This document shows, piece by piece, positions 11,363 to 20,446 of a stretch of DNA of 64,000 nucleotides; position 1 is the first letter of the stretch; each line of letters opens with the position of its first letter. The stretch is from Candidatus Spongiisociaceae bacterium. Lineage in GTDB: Bacteria; Actinomycetota; Acidimicrobiia; Spongiisociales; Spongiisociaceae. A program made the translations under genes and the position numbers. The DNA lies in contig OZ253564.1 in the NCBI GenBank assembly GCA_965262915.1, positions 704,001 to 768,000 on the forward strand, given 5' to 3'. Under the pieces are notes generated by a model. That model did no database searches, was not told the DNA's origin, and worked only from the letters and a program-made list of their open reading frames with translations.

Positions 11363-11994
11363 CATTATGAGTGTGTTCTTTGCCTTGGGCTCGTTTGCGC
11401 AGGTAGCAGGCGCGGGCGTCGGGGTCGTGTTGGCTGGCGACGAACGCGGCGACGAACATGGCGTTGCCGACGCGGTGGTTGCCGCCTCGTGCCCGTCGGG
11501 TGTTGCTGGTGCGGCCCGATTGCCAGTTGACGGGGGCTAGTCCGGCGTAGGCGGCTAGGCGTGCGGGGTTGGCGAAACGGTGCGGGTCGCCGATCTCAGC
11601 GAGGGTTCTCGCTCCGGTGCGGGGCCCGAACCCGCACATGCTGTTGAGGACTTTTCCCAGCGGATGCTCCAAGAACGCCGCCCCGATGTCGGCTTCGAGC
11701 CGCTCGCGGCGGTCGATGATCCGGTCCAAGTCGGCAGCGAGATCGCTGATAGTTTCGCCCCATGTCGCTTCGGCCACCACCGTGACGGTCTGGGCGGCTA
11801 GAGCGGCCCAGATCTCGTCGGTGAGCTTTGCGGCTGTCCGCTTGGAACGTTTCGCCACCAGCGTCCGGACGCGGGCTTTGCCAGCGGCGCGCAGCGCCGA
11901 AGGTGTGGGCCACCTCCCCAGTGCTGCTCGCAGCCCGGACACCGACACCAGCCTGTCGCCTACGGCACGTTCCAGAGCCGGGGACACGGCTAAG

Positions 11995-13810
11995 CCTGAA
12001 TCCACCGACGGCCTCCCCGGGGGGTGGTCCGGGGTGCGGTTGGTGGGAGGTTGAGGGGTCGGGGTTGGTTGGTTTTGGGGGGGTTCTAGGGGCGTGGTGG
12101 GTATGGTTTAGTGGCTAGATGGTGTTGAAAGCTGGTTGGGGTTGTTTCAGGCGTGTATGGCTGGGGTTTAGGTGGTTGGTTATGGTTGTGGGGGGTGTGT
12201 GAGGCCGGGTTAGCAGAGCTGTGGCAGCGTCCGGAGGTTAGTGAGGGTGGTTAGGTAGGTGCCGGCCCAGGGCCATCGGGCGGGTAGACGCAGCAGGCGG
12301 CGTCCGCCGTGGTTGACGACCCGTCCAGGGACCCCGAACAGTCGGGTACGGATGGTACGTCCACAGACCAGCCGCCCTCTTGGGCGGGTTCCGCCCAAGA
12401 GGGCTATATGGCGGTAGAGGTTATGCGCCAGGGCGGCGCAGATCAGCCAGGCCGCGTTAGCTGCGAAGACGCCGGAAGGTAGGTGGGCGAGTCCCCCTGA
12501 GTCTTTGAGGTCGCGGATGGCGAGTTCGCATGTGGCGTGGCGGCGGTGGTACCGGTCGGCTTCGACCGCGGGCACCTGGCTGTGCGCCTCCCCAGGGTTG
12601 TCACCGATCTCTACCGCCGACAGTTCGGCCACTTCGGTGTCTTGTTCGCCTCGGCGGGGTTGGTGACCGGTGTCGTCTTGTACGGCCCGGGGTTGGTGGT
12701 GCCGGTCGGCTTCTGCCGCGGCTAGGTCCAGGTTGGTGACCAAGGTGTGGTACCGCCAGTCGGGGAACAGCTGGGCTTGGGAACCGACCAAGCGGGTGCG
12801 GCGCACCACGAGACGGACCCGGCGCCGCTGCGACCGTTTCTTGGGGTTGGTCATCTCCAGGACGGTTTCCCCCACTTGTGCTTCGCCGCCCCGGGGATAG
12901 ACGATGGGAGCCCAGGCGTCTTCGTCGATATGTGTGATCTGTGCCCTGACCTTGGCATTCACCTGGGTGGTGATCGACCATCCCACCCCGAGTTTGTCGA
13001 GGGCGGCCAACATGGCATAGGACCAGAACCCCGAATCGGCCCGCACGCTCACCGGGCCCCTGGCCCCGGCCCGTCGCACACGCCGGATCGTCTCCCCGAC
13101 GAAATGGACCACACCCCGCTGCGACCCTCCTGCACGCAGACGGGCACCGACCACCTCCCCCGTATCGGCTCGGAACGCCAACAGCGGGTGATAACCCAGC
13201 ACTTTGGTGTAACCGAAAGCCGCGCCTTGTTTGGTCTTGCCCGACACTTCACAGATCGTCGAGTCCAAATCAACGGTCACAGGTCCCTTACCGGGACCCG
13301 CGCCCGCCCGCCACGCCCGGCCCAGCGTCAAGGTCAACACCTTCTCCAACTGGCGTACATGACCCCAGGTGAACGAACGCAGGAAGGTTCCCACAGTGGA
13401 CGGGGCCATCACCGCATGGGGCAACACCCGATCGGTGGAACCCGCCCGGAGCCGACCCACATGATCAATATGGGAGGCGCCCACCAGCATCGCAGCTACC
13501 AACGTGCACACCTTACGACCCGGGTTCGCGCCACCCACCCGGCCCTCCAGCCGCACCGTCCGATCCACCACATCTTCCAACCCCAAACGGTCCATCAGCG
13601 TCCCGGCCGCCAACAGCCCAGCGTCGGCCACCAACGACTCATCATCGAAAACCACCTCATAGCGGTCGATATTCTGCAATACTCCACTCACAGGAAGTGC
13701 CTCCTGACTCCGGGCCAATACACTTGTTTCGTATGGCTATTGTCCCAGATCAGAGGCACTTTCCGCGTCTATCCACCCCCAACCACAGGATATCTACCGG
13801 TGGATTCAGG
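11995..13810 (-). mobile_element. IS1380-family insertion sequence with 5-bp TSD
   Basis: IRs CCTGAATCCACCG / CGGTGGATTCAGG; CTAAG duplicated at 11990-11994 and 13811-13815. Confidence 0.93.
12210..13718 (-). CDS. IS1380-family DDE transposase
   Basis: VDLDST, GYHPL, VRADSGF, E.AIRDLK and FAANAAWL motifs. Confidence 0.92.
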   Translation of the reverse strand: MARSQEALPVSGVLQNIDRYEVVFDDESLVADAGLLAAGTLMDRLGLEDVVDRTVRLEGRVGGANPGRKVCTLVAAMLVGASHIDHVGRLRAGSTDRVLPHAVMAPSTVGTFLRSFTWGHVRQLEKVLTLTLGRAWRAGAGPGKGPVTVDLDSTICEVSGKTKQGAAFGYTKVLGYHPLLAFRADTGEVVGARLRAGGSQRGVVHFVGETIRRVRRAGARGPVSVRADSGFWSYAMLAALDKLGVGWSITTQVNAKVRAQITHIDEDAWAPIVYPRGGEAQVGETVLEMTNPKKRSQRRRVRLVVRRTRLVGSQAQLFPDWRYHTLVTNLDLAAAEADRHHQPRAVQDDTGHQPRRGEQDTEVAELSAVEIGDNPGEAHSQVPAVEADRYHRRHATCELAIRDLKDSGGLAHLPSGVFAANAAWLICAALAHNLYRHIALLGGTRPRGRLVCGRTIRTRLFGVPGRVVNHGGRRLLRLPARWPWAGTYLTTLTNLRTLPQLC

Positions 13811-14309
13811 CTAAGAGGGCGTCTCTCAGGCGGTTCGCGGCCCGGGTCGCGTTCCCAGCCAGGTCAGTGTCCCGCCCGTTGAGTATCCGTAGACGGGCCA
13901 GGAGCTCGTCGGTAATAGTGGTCCACGTGAGCCGGTCCGCGTTGCGCCACGCGTAGTCGGCCAGCACCCCGGCGTCTTTGGGGTCGGTCTTGGCCGCTCC
14001 TGCGTAAAGATCCGCGGCTCGGCGCATCGCCAGGCCGGTGACATAAGCCACCGGTATCTGACACTCGGCGGCCACCCCCAAGGCCAGCACAGCCGCAGAC
14101 GAGGTCGTGTCAACCACCAGCGCCGCGCTGCCATGAGATGCTGCGTCGTCGATCAACCGGCGGATAGCCCCCTCGTCGTTGGGAACCGGACGGGCGAACA
14201 AAGCCTCGCCTCGAGCCGACAGCGCACAGGCATAATGTTTCCCCTTGGCGATATCAACACCGACGAACACCTCAGGGGCGGGCTGGGGACAATCTTGCAT
14301 CAGGAGAAT

Positions 14310-14538
14310 CCTTTCCGGTTCGGACGCATGCGACGCTGCCCGCAGGTACCAACGCCTCAACCACTTTACGAACCACCAGCCCCACAATCTCGGTGCATGT
14401 CCCCCTCAGAGGTCGCAGGCACCCAACCACGGCGGGTGGCAACACCCCCCAGGCCATCTCGGTGACAGGGGGACAGAGCCCTGCCCGCCGCGGCGAGCAA
14501 CCAGCCCCGATACTCACACACCAGAGCTACCCAACAAG
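14310..14538 (-). ncRNA. Putative bridge RNA of IS110-B
   Basis: AGGGCTC (14476-14482) equals the flank at 14548-14554; GGGACA (14398-14403) and GTAAAG (14364-14369) match the two element ends. Confidence 0.6.
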
Positions 14539-15322
14539 GTAAAGGGGGAGCCCTTCTCCATTGGAGCGTGGCGTTGACGCTGCTCACCAATCACCTCTTC
14601 GAGCCGTGCTCTCGCAGTTCCGCGCCGACCGCCAGGTCTCGCATCGACCTCTCCGAGAACGATGCAACTACAAGACCGCCGAGCTCGCCCCGAGGTTGGG
14701 CAATGGGTGTCACGACAGATCCGGCGAGTTCCTTCCGCCCGGAGTCGACCAACAGCTTCATCTCAGCAGCGAACTTGTGATGTCCCCTACGGGCCGCCTT
14801 GGCCGTAACTTGGAGTACGATCGAGTAAAATGTCTCGTCGTCTCGCGAGCCGTGAGACTTCACAAATGCTTTGATGTGATCAGTTGACGCGGCCACGAGG
14901 GTCCTCCGTACTTCGACTATAGAGTAAGGGCCATCGCTGACACGCACTCCAATCGGTGTTCGTACGATAGATGCCCTCGTCCTGCTGGAGGCTCTGCTCC
15001 TTGAGAGGATCGGGTTGTGGGAAGGCCAAACAGGTATTCACCGTAGGTCCGCGGAGTATGACAGTGCGCGTGGTGGTCGAGTAGCGAAAGGGGTGCGGTT
15101 CGCAGTGGTTGACCAGTGACCCACCGAATCGGCCTCGGTGGCGGCGCTTTCTCCCTATTCGCGACATTCGCGATTCGCGACCCTCCAATGATCTTGTGGG
15201 ACGGACTGCCGGGTGCCCGGGCGGGATCGCCCGGCCGCACTTGTCGTTCTGACGGAACAACCCTGGGTTAGGAGGCTAGGTCGACCTGACCCGCCGTCCG
15301 CTTACCCGGCCGGTTCGTCGGG

Positions 15323-15760
15323 TCATTCCTCCTGGTTGCCGATCATCTCCCGGAGATAGGTGGGCACTCGTTTGGGGCGCATGGTCTCGTGGTCGACGAT
15401 GACCTGCACCTGGCGTCCCTCCACCAGCGCCTCGCCCGTGTCGGCGTCGGTGGTCAGGTACTCGAAGACGATGGAACTGCGGCCGATCCCCACCACCCGG
15501 GGCACGGTACGGGCCACCTGCCCCATCCGGGCCGAGCGGCGGTAGTCGATCTCGGTCCGGGCCAGCGCCACGTCGTCCCCCTTGCACACCATGTAGTCCC
15601 AGGAACACCCCACGGCGTCCATGTAGTCGGTGAAGGCGTCGTCCCAGTAGACGAGATAGTTGGGGTTGTAGACGATTCCCTGGGTGTCGCAGTCGGAGAA
15701 GCGGATCCTGCGGTCGTAGACGACGGGTTCGGGGGCGGGCGCGGTCATCGGATCGATCAT
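15323..15760 (-). CDS. Acyl-CoA thioesterase, 4HBT/YbgC-FadM family (copy B)
   Basis: RFSDCDTQGIVYNPNYLVYWDDA; closely similar to 7643-8092. Confidence 0.9.
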   Translation of the reverse strand: MIDPMTAPAPEPVVYDRRIRFSDCDTQGIVYNPNYLVYWDDAFTDYMDAVGCSWDYMVCKGDDVALARTEIDYRRSARMGQVARTVPRVVGIGRSSIVFEYLTTDADTGEALVEGRQVQVIVDHETMRPKRVPTYLREMIGNQEE

Positions 15761-15771
15761 GTCAGGAGAAT

Positions 15772-15801
15772 AGGTGTCAGGTGTCAGGTGTCAGGTGTCA
15801 G
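15772..15801. repeat. Heptamer array (AGGTGTC)4, continuing after IS110-C at 17287-17293
   Basis: Read directly from the sequence. Confidence 0.9.
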
Positions 15802-17288
15802 ACACCCCAGGCGCGTAAATGTCAAGCTGCGGCTCGGTCGATGGTGGTTCGGTGTGCCCAGGCGGTGTGTTCGTTGTAGGGGGTTTGGTGTTTGAGGCAG
15901 CCGTGGAGGATGCCGACGAGTCGGTTGGCTAGGGCTCGGAGTGCTTGGTGGTGGAGGTCGCCGGCTGCTCGTTTCTGGTCGTAGAAGGCTCGGGCTCCTG
16001 GGCTTGGGGTTAGGGAACAGAACGCCCATTGGTCCAGGGCGTCGTAGAGACGCCGCTTTTCGGACGTGGCGGGCCAGGACAGCACGTTTGCGGCCCGACG
16101 CGATGGTGATGGGCGACGTTCCGGCGTAGTTCCTGGGGGACTTGGCGCTGGTGTAACGGTGGGGGTCGTCCCCGAACTCACCGAGCACCCGGGCGCCGAG
16201 CACGGTACCGAGTCCTGGCTGGGAATGGTAGATGACGGCGTCCGGGTGCTGCTCAAAACGGGTCTGGAGGGTTGCTTCGAGTTGGCTGATCTGGCGGTTG
16301 GCCTCCCCAATGATGCTCACCAGTGCCCCCGACAGTCGCTCCGAAGGCGTCCTCAACCGGCCCCGGTGCGGCGAGGTGAGCAGCTCGGAGGCCTTTCTGT
16401 ATTTTGCGGGCGACCGGATCGAGGTTGCGTTTCCGTCCGCCCCTTTTGAGCGCAGCTCGGATCTGGGGCAGTGTCAGGCGGGCGCCAAGGGCGGGGGTGG
16501 GTGCCCGACCCAGTACGGCCACAGCGTCGGAATGGGCCAGGTCCCCGAACGTTTCCAACGCTGCGGGATAGTACTCGCGCAGGGCGTTGCGGACCCCGTT
16601 GGTGTGACGAGTCCGAGCCCAGATCAGGTTCTGATGCGTTCTGGCCACGATCTTGATACCTTCTGATTCGGGGCTGTCACCGGCCACGGGACGGTGGTTG
16701 TGACGGTCGGTGCGTACCAGATCAGCTAACACCTTGGCATCACCGCGGTCTGATTTCGCTCCGCCCAGGCTGTGACGGTCCCGGTAGCGGGACACCGCCC
16801 TAGGGTTGATCGCATACACCACATAGCCCGCCGCGACCAGCGCACCGACCCACAGCCCACGGTCGGTCTCGATGCCTACCACTACCTCAGCTGCATCCGA
16901 TGTGTGCTCGGCGACCATCTGGTGGAACCTGGCTATACCTTGGATCCCTTCCGGTATACGGGCGAACCCCAGCCGGGTTCCCCCCTCGTCCAGCAGATAC
17001 ACATCGTGGTGGCCCTCAGCCCAGTCGTTACCCACAAAAATCATCTTCGCCTCCCTCGTGCGGATCGATCCTTGCCGAGCTGTAGAGGAAACGCCTGGCG
17101 GCGACCTAGCAGATCAGTGCTCTGTGGCACGCCACCCCCTCAGCGCTACAAGCGGCCCTCGCGAACCGGCCGGGGTACGCTCTGACACTAGGAATCAGCG
17201 TTCCGGGTGCCGTCAGTACTCACCGGCCGGCCAGCTCAACCACCACACCCTCCCAGACAAACCGGCAGAAGTGGTGGACCCCCATTAG
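15800..17288 (-). mobile_element. IS110-C inserted in a heptamer array; CT core; transposase 15822-17044 frameshifted
   Basis: Junctions GTCGACAC[CT]AATGG and GGGGTGT[CT]GACACC; circle junction TTGACA-17 nt-TCTAAT; MIFVGNDWAE, KSDRGDA and AGTSP motifs. Confidence 0.92.
17060..17280 (-). ncRNA. Putative bridge RNA of IS110-C
   Basis: Guides CGGCACC (17206-17212) and GTGTCAG (17182-17188) against target CGACAC[CT]GACAC. Confidence 0.8.
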
Positions 17289-17293
17289 GTGTC

Positions 17294-17406
17294 GACTGGC
17301 GAGACTGAAGGATTCTCGGTGCCGCTTATCTGTGTCGGTCACTCGCCCGTTCCGTTGGTGGCTGCAGAACCCATCATCAAGGACTGACACCTGGCACCTG
17401 GCACCT
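17294..17406. repeat. Conserved ~95-bp core followed by an inverted heptamer array (CTGRCAC)3
   Basis: Near-identical inverted copy at 39955-40046; diverged partial copy at ~19350-19405. Confidence 0.8.
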
Positions 17407-17444
17407 GTTTCGGGTATCGGTCGTGGGTGTGCGCAGTGCTGTGC

Positions 17445-17809
17445 TTAGCGACTGTTCAATCTTTCGCGTAAGGAGCGCTTGAGCCCGTTGAGCATCTTGC
17501 CGGCTTCGCTTGCTCGTCCTTGGACAGGTCTGATCTGTTTCTCTTCTACGATCCCAAGACGCTGCGCTAGGACAAGATAGGTCTCAGTCTCCGCCAACGA
17601 TCCACTGGCTATGCCGAGGAACTGCAGGTACTCCTTCAGGCTGTGGCGGTTGGCACCCTCCGCAATGTTGGCAGCTACCGATGTCGCCGAACGCCGCATC
17701 TGGCTGGTAATCCCGAACCTCTCCTCCCGCGGGACCGGGCGGAGAGCCGGTATGACATCTCAGCCAACTCGACCGACTTCTGCCATACGTCGAGATCGTG
17801 GTAACTCAT
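17445..17809 (-). pseudogene. Four-helix-bundle protein (23S rRNA IVP / Avd-like fold), one frameshift near 17735
   Basis: MSYHDLDVWQKSVELAEMSYRLSAR / PREERFGITSQMRRSATSVAANIAEG..YLQFLGIASGSLAETETYL; adding one base restores the frame. Confidence 0.88.
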
Positions 17810-17913
17810 CTATATCCCTTCGGTGCTGGCGATCCCAGGGCCGCACTTACCACAACTCCTGGTGGTATCTTTATATAACAACCGTATACATATGTAAAGA
17901 GCTAACTAAAATA

Positions 17914-17938
17914 CCTGACACCCAGCACCTGGCACCTA
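17914..17938. repeat. Short degenerate heptamer array overlapping the CoA-transferase stop codon
   Basis: Minus strand reads TAG-GTGCCAG-GTGCTGG-GTGTCAG. Confidence 0.75.
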
Positions 17939-19048
17939 GCGCGGGAGATCGGGAGCCGGTCGGCGGGTGGCGGGGTCGCCGTGAGACGGCAGCTTCACCG
18001 GGTTGCCCGCCATCTCCAGGACCGAGCCGTCCGGTAGCCCCACCCCCACGATCATGTTCCTGGCCCGCACTCCCGGATCGTCCACCACCGCGGCGATGTC
18101 GTTGATCGGCCCGCAAGGTATGCCCGCCTCGACCAGCCGGTCTAGCCAGGCGGCGGCGGTGTCGGTCGAGAGGGCCTCCTCCATCTCGGCGCCCAGCTCC
18201 ACGGCGTGCTCGGTGCGGGCCTCGTTGGTGGCGAACCGGGGATCGCCGGCCAGGTCGGGCCGCCCCAGCGTCTCGCACAGCCCCGTGAACAGGGTGTCGT
18301 TGCCGGCGGCGATCACCAGGGGACGGTCGGAGGCCCGGTAGGCGTCGAAGGGGGTTATCGAAGGGTGGCGGGCGCCCAGCGGGCCCGGAACCAGGCCGGT
18401 GGCCGAGTAGCGGGCGATGGCGTTCTCGAGGATGGCTACCTGGCAGTCGAGCATGGCGATGTCCACCATCTGTCCCAGCCCGGTCCGCTCCCGTTCGTGG
18501 AGAGCCGAGAGGATCCCGACGGCGGCGAACAGGCCGGCGGCGATGTCCCCCACCGAGGTGCCGACCCTCGTGGGAGGGCCCCCCGGATGGCCGGTCAGGC
18601 TCATCAGCCCGCCCATGGCCTGCACCACCATGTCGTAGGCGGGACGTTCGGAATAGGGGCCGGTCCGGCCGAACCCGCTCACCGCCGCGTACACCAGCCT
18701 CGGCCAGCGGGCGTGCAGGACCTCCCATCCGTAGCCCATCCGGTCGAGGGTTCCGGGGCGGAAGTTCTCCACCAGCACGTCGGCCCCGTCGAGGAGCTGC
18801 TCGAACTCCTTGCGGTCATCCGGGACCCCCAGGTCGAGCGCCGTGGCCGACTTGCCCCGGTTGAGCGACTCGAAGTACACGCTGCGACCCCCGTAGAAGG
18901 GCCCGAACCCCCGCGCGTCGTCCCCCCGACCGGGACGCTCCACCTTGATCACCCGCGCCCCGAGGTCGGAGAGCACCATGGTGGCGTACGGACCGGCCAG
19001 CACCCGGCTCAGGTCAACGATCGTTATGTCGGAGAGGGGCCCGTCCAT
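17936..19048 (-). CDS. CaiB/BaiF family III CoA-transferase (intact copy B)
   Basis: MDGPLSDITIVDLSRVLAGPYATMVLSDLGARVIKVERPG..NRGK..ENFRPG..VGDIAAG. Confidence 0.93.
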   Translation of the reverse strand: MDGPLSDITIVDLSRVLAGPYATMVLSDLGARVIKVERPGRGDDARGFGPFYGGRSVYFESLNRGKSATALDLGVPDDRKEFEQLLDGADVLVENFRPGTLDRMGYGWEVLHARWPRLVYAAVSGFGRTGPYSERPAYDMVVQAMGGLMSLTGHPGGPPTRVGTSVGDIAAGLFAAVGILSALHERERTGLGQMVDIAMLDCQVAILENAIARYSATGLVPGPLGARHPSITPFDAYRASDRPLVIAAGNDTLFTGLCETLGRPDLAGDPRFATNEARTEHAVELGAEMEEALSTDTAAAWLDRLVEAGIPCGPINDIAAVVDDPGVRARNMIVGVGLPDGSVLEMAGNPVKLPSHGDPATRRPAPDLPR

Positions 19049-19332
19049 CCCCGGTGACGGTAGCGGGCGGCCGGGCGCGAATGGCCGATGGCGGGGATCG
19101 GCGGCCACGTTCCACCGGGCGGTTCCGGGCGCGAGCACAGACGGGGGCGACGCCCAGGGAGCCTTCGACCGCGGCGACCCGCTCCGCGAAGGCCCCCGAC
19201 CCCCAGCCACCTCCTCGATGTGGCGGTCGTGGGCGGTCGACCCGGAGGCGTTCCCGGAAGTGTCGGCACCCCGCGGCCCGGCGCCAGGCGCCGGTTGATC
19301 TCCCCACCCGCGATACGTATATATATATAGGT

Positions 19333-19434
19333 CTCAGGTGTCAGTGGTGGCTGGTGGGTCTGAGGGGTTCTCGGTGTCTTTGAGTTGTGTCGTCACTTGC
19401 CGGTCCTGGCCCCTGGCACCTGGCACCTGGCACT
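19333..19434. repeat. Diverged core element ending in (CTGGCAC)n, next to the stop of 19439-19996
   Basis: CAGGTGTCAG..CTGAGGGGTTCTCGGTGTC..TGTGTCGTCACTTGCC..CTGGCCCCTGGCACCTGGCACCTGGCAC. Confidence 0.65.
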
Positions 19435-19438
19435 CGAT

Positions 19439-19996
19439 CTACCTGCCGGTAGTCACCGACCGCGGGCGGCTGGATGTGGCTTCTATGTAGCCCTCGACTC
19501 TGGAGACGCGTTCTTTGAAGCCGGCTACCTGGTCGCCGACCTCTCTGATGTTGCGGTCGTGGGTGGCGGCGTTGGTGTCGATCTTGTCGCCGATTTCCTT
19601 GAAGTCCTCCCGTGTATCACCGCGGAAGGTCTCGAATCGCTCGCGGTCCCCGGCCGCGGCGGCGGCGATGGTGTCGATCTTGGTCGTGTTGAGTGCGATG
19701 TTGCCGTTGGTCTCGGCGGCGTTGACGGCGATGGCGGTGGTGTTGGCGGCGATGGCAGCGGTGTTGGCGTCGAAGCGGTCCAGTACTTCGGTGCGGAAGT
19801 CCTTTACTTCGGTGCGGAAGTCTTTGAGTTCTTTGCGGTCGTCCTCGCGGTCCTTCCCTACTTGGTTGCTGAATTTCTCGATTGACTCGTCGAGGGTGCG
19901 CCGGAGATTGGCCTGGAGCCGCAGAGCGAGTCCCACGAAGGTGACCAGCATCACCAGCATGGGGATGAGCGCTTCCAGCATCTGGGTGGTGTTCAT
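19439..19996 (-). CDS. Membrane-anchored coiled-coil repeat protein (copy 1)
   Basis: N-terminal TM helix, heptad/11-residue repeats (FRTEV, IDANT/IAANT), C-terminal ERVSRVEGYIE. Confidence 0.8.
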   Translation of the reverse strand: MNTTQMLEALIPMLVMLVTFVGLALRLQANLRRTLDESIEKFSNQVGKDREDDRKELKDFRTEVKDFRTEVLDRFDANTAAIAANTTAIAVNAAETNGNIALNTTKIDTIAAAAAGDRERFETFRGDTREDFKEIGDKIDTNAATHDRNIREVGDQVAGFKERVSRVEGYIEATSSRPRSVTTGR

Positions 19997-20273
19997 GTGT
20001 CCGGACCTTACCTTTCGCCGATGTTGCCCCGGAAGGGGCTGGCCTCGTGTCGCTTCGGGGATGGTTGCCGCGGTGCGGCCAGTACCGATGCCCGGCGGTC
20101 GGAAACCCCGCAGGCATGGCAGTGGTAGGTGGCGTATGTTCGTAGTTGGTAATCTACTACATAGTTGGATGGTCGAGAAGGGGGTTACGAGTTATTCGGT
20201 GGTGTGTCGCAGCACGGGCTCTTGACGGCCTCCTGGTTAGAGGTACCGATAATCTGGTGCCCTCCCGGTCGCC

Positions 20274-20435
20274 ACTGGCACCTGGCACCTGGCACCTGGC
20301 ACCTGGCACCTGGCCACTGGCACCTGGCCTCTGGCACCTGGCCTCTGGCACCTGGCCTCTGGCACCTGGCCTCTGGCACCTGGCCTCTGGCACCTGGCCT
20401 CTGGCACCTGGCACCTGGCACCTGGCACCTGGCAC
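20274..20435. repeat. Long heptamer array (~23 units) with an internal 14-bp higher-order repeat
   Basis: (CTGGCAC)n, then alternating CTGGCAC-CTGGCCT, then (CTGGCAC)n. Confidence 0.95.
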
Positions 20436-20446
20436 TCCGGTCCGAT

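Larger units (their letters stand above)
9842..11373 (-). mobile_element. IS110-A inserted in the IS110-B transposase gene; CA core duplicated
   Basis: Junctions AAGAACA[CA]CTCATAAT and ATAGGAGCAT[CA]ACGCA. The circle junction gives TTGACA-17 nt-CATAAT. Confidence 0.92.
9696..14545 (-). mobile_element. IS110-B, interrupted by IS1380 and IS110-A
   Basis: Transposase pieces rejoin: FVGVDIAK..KTDPKDA..RDALLA|VSPALE..GLAPV..SG..RAQGKEH|NAAVIYVARRR..LPQAA-stop. The 3' end carries TTGACA; both junctions lie in C runs, so the ends are +/- a few bp. Confidence 0.88.
9510..14896 (-). pseudogene. AAA ATPase (IetA-like), split by IS110-B and internally deleted
   Basis: N-terminus from GTG 14896 (RBS GGAGG; IKAFVKSH..DDETFYS..PIAQPRGELGGL). 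After the IS it resumes HRILLEGPPGTGKTMT (Walker A, ~9645-9690), then jumps to the C-terminal GMSHAELVKAAETAAK. Confidence 0.75.

Noticed and set aside
17445-17809. Diversity-generating retroelement suggested by the Avd-like fold
   Set aside because: No reverse transcriptase in the window. The duplicated SLH snippets differ at non-adenine positions too, so they are not a TR/VR pair.
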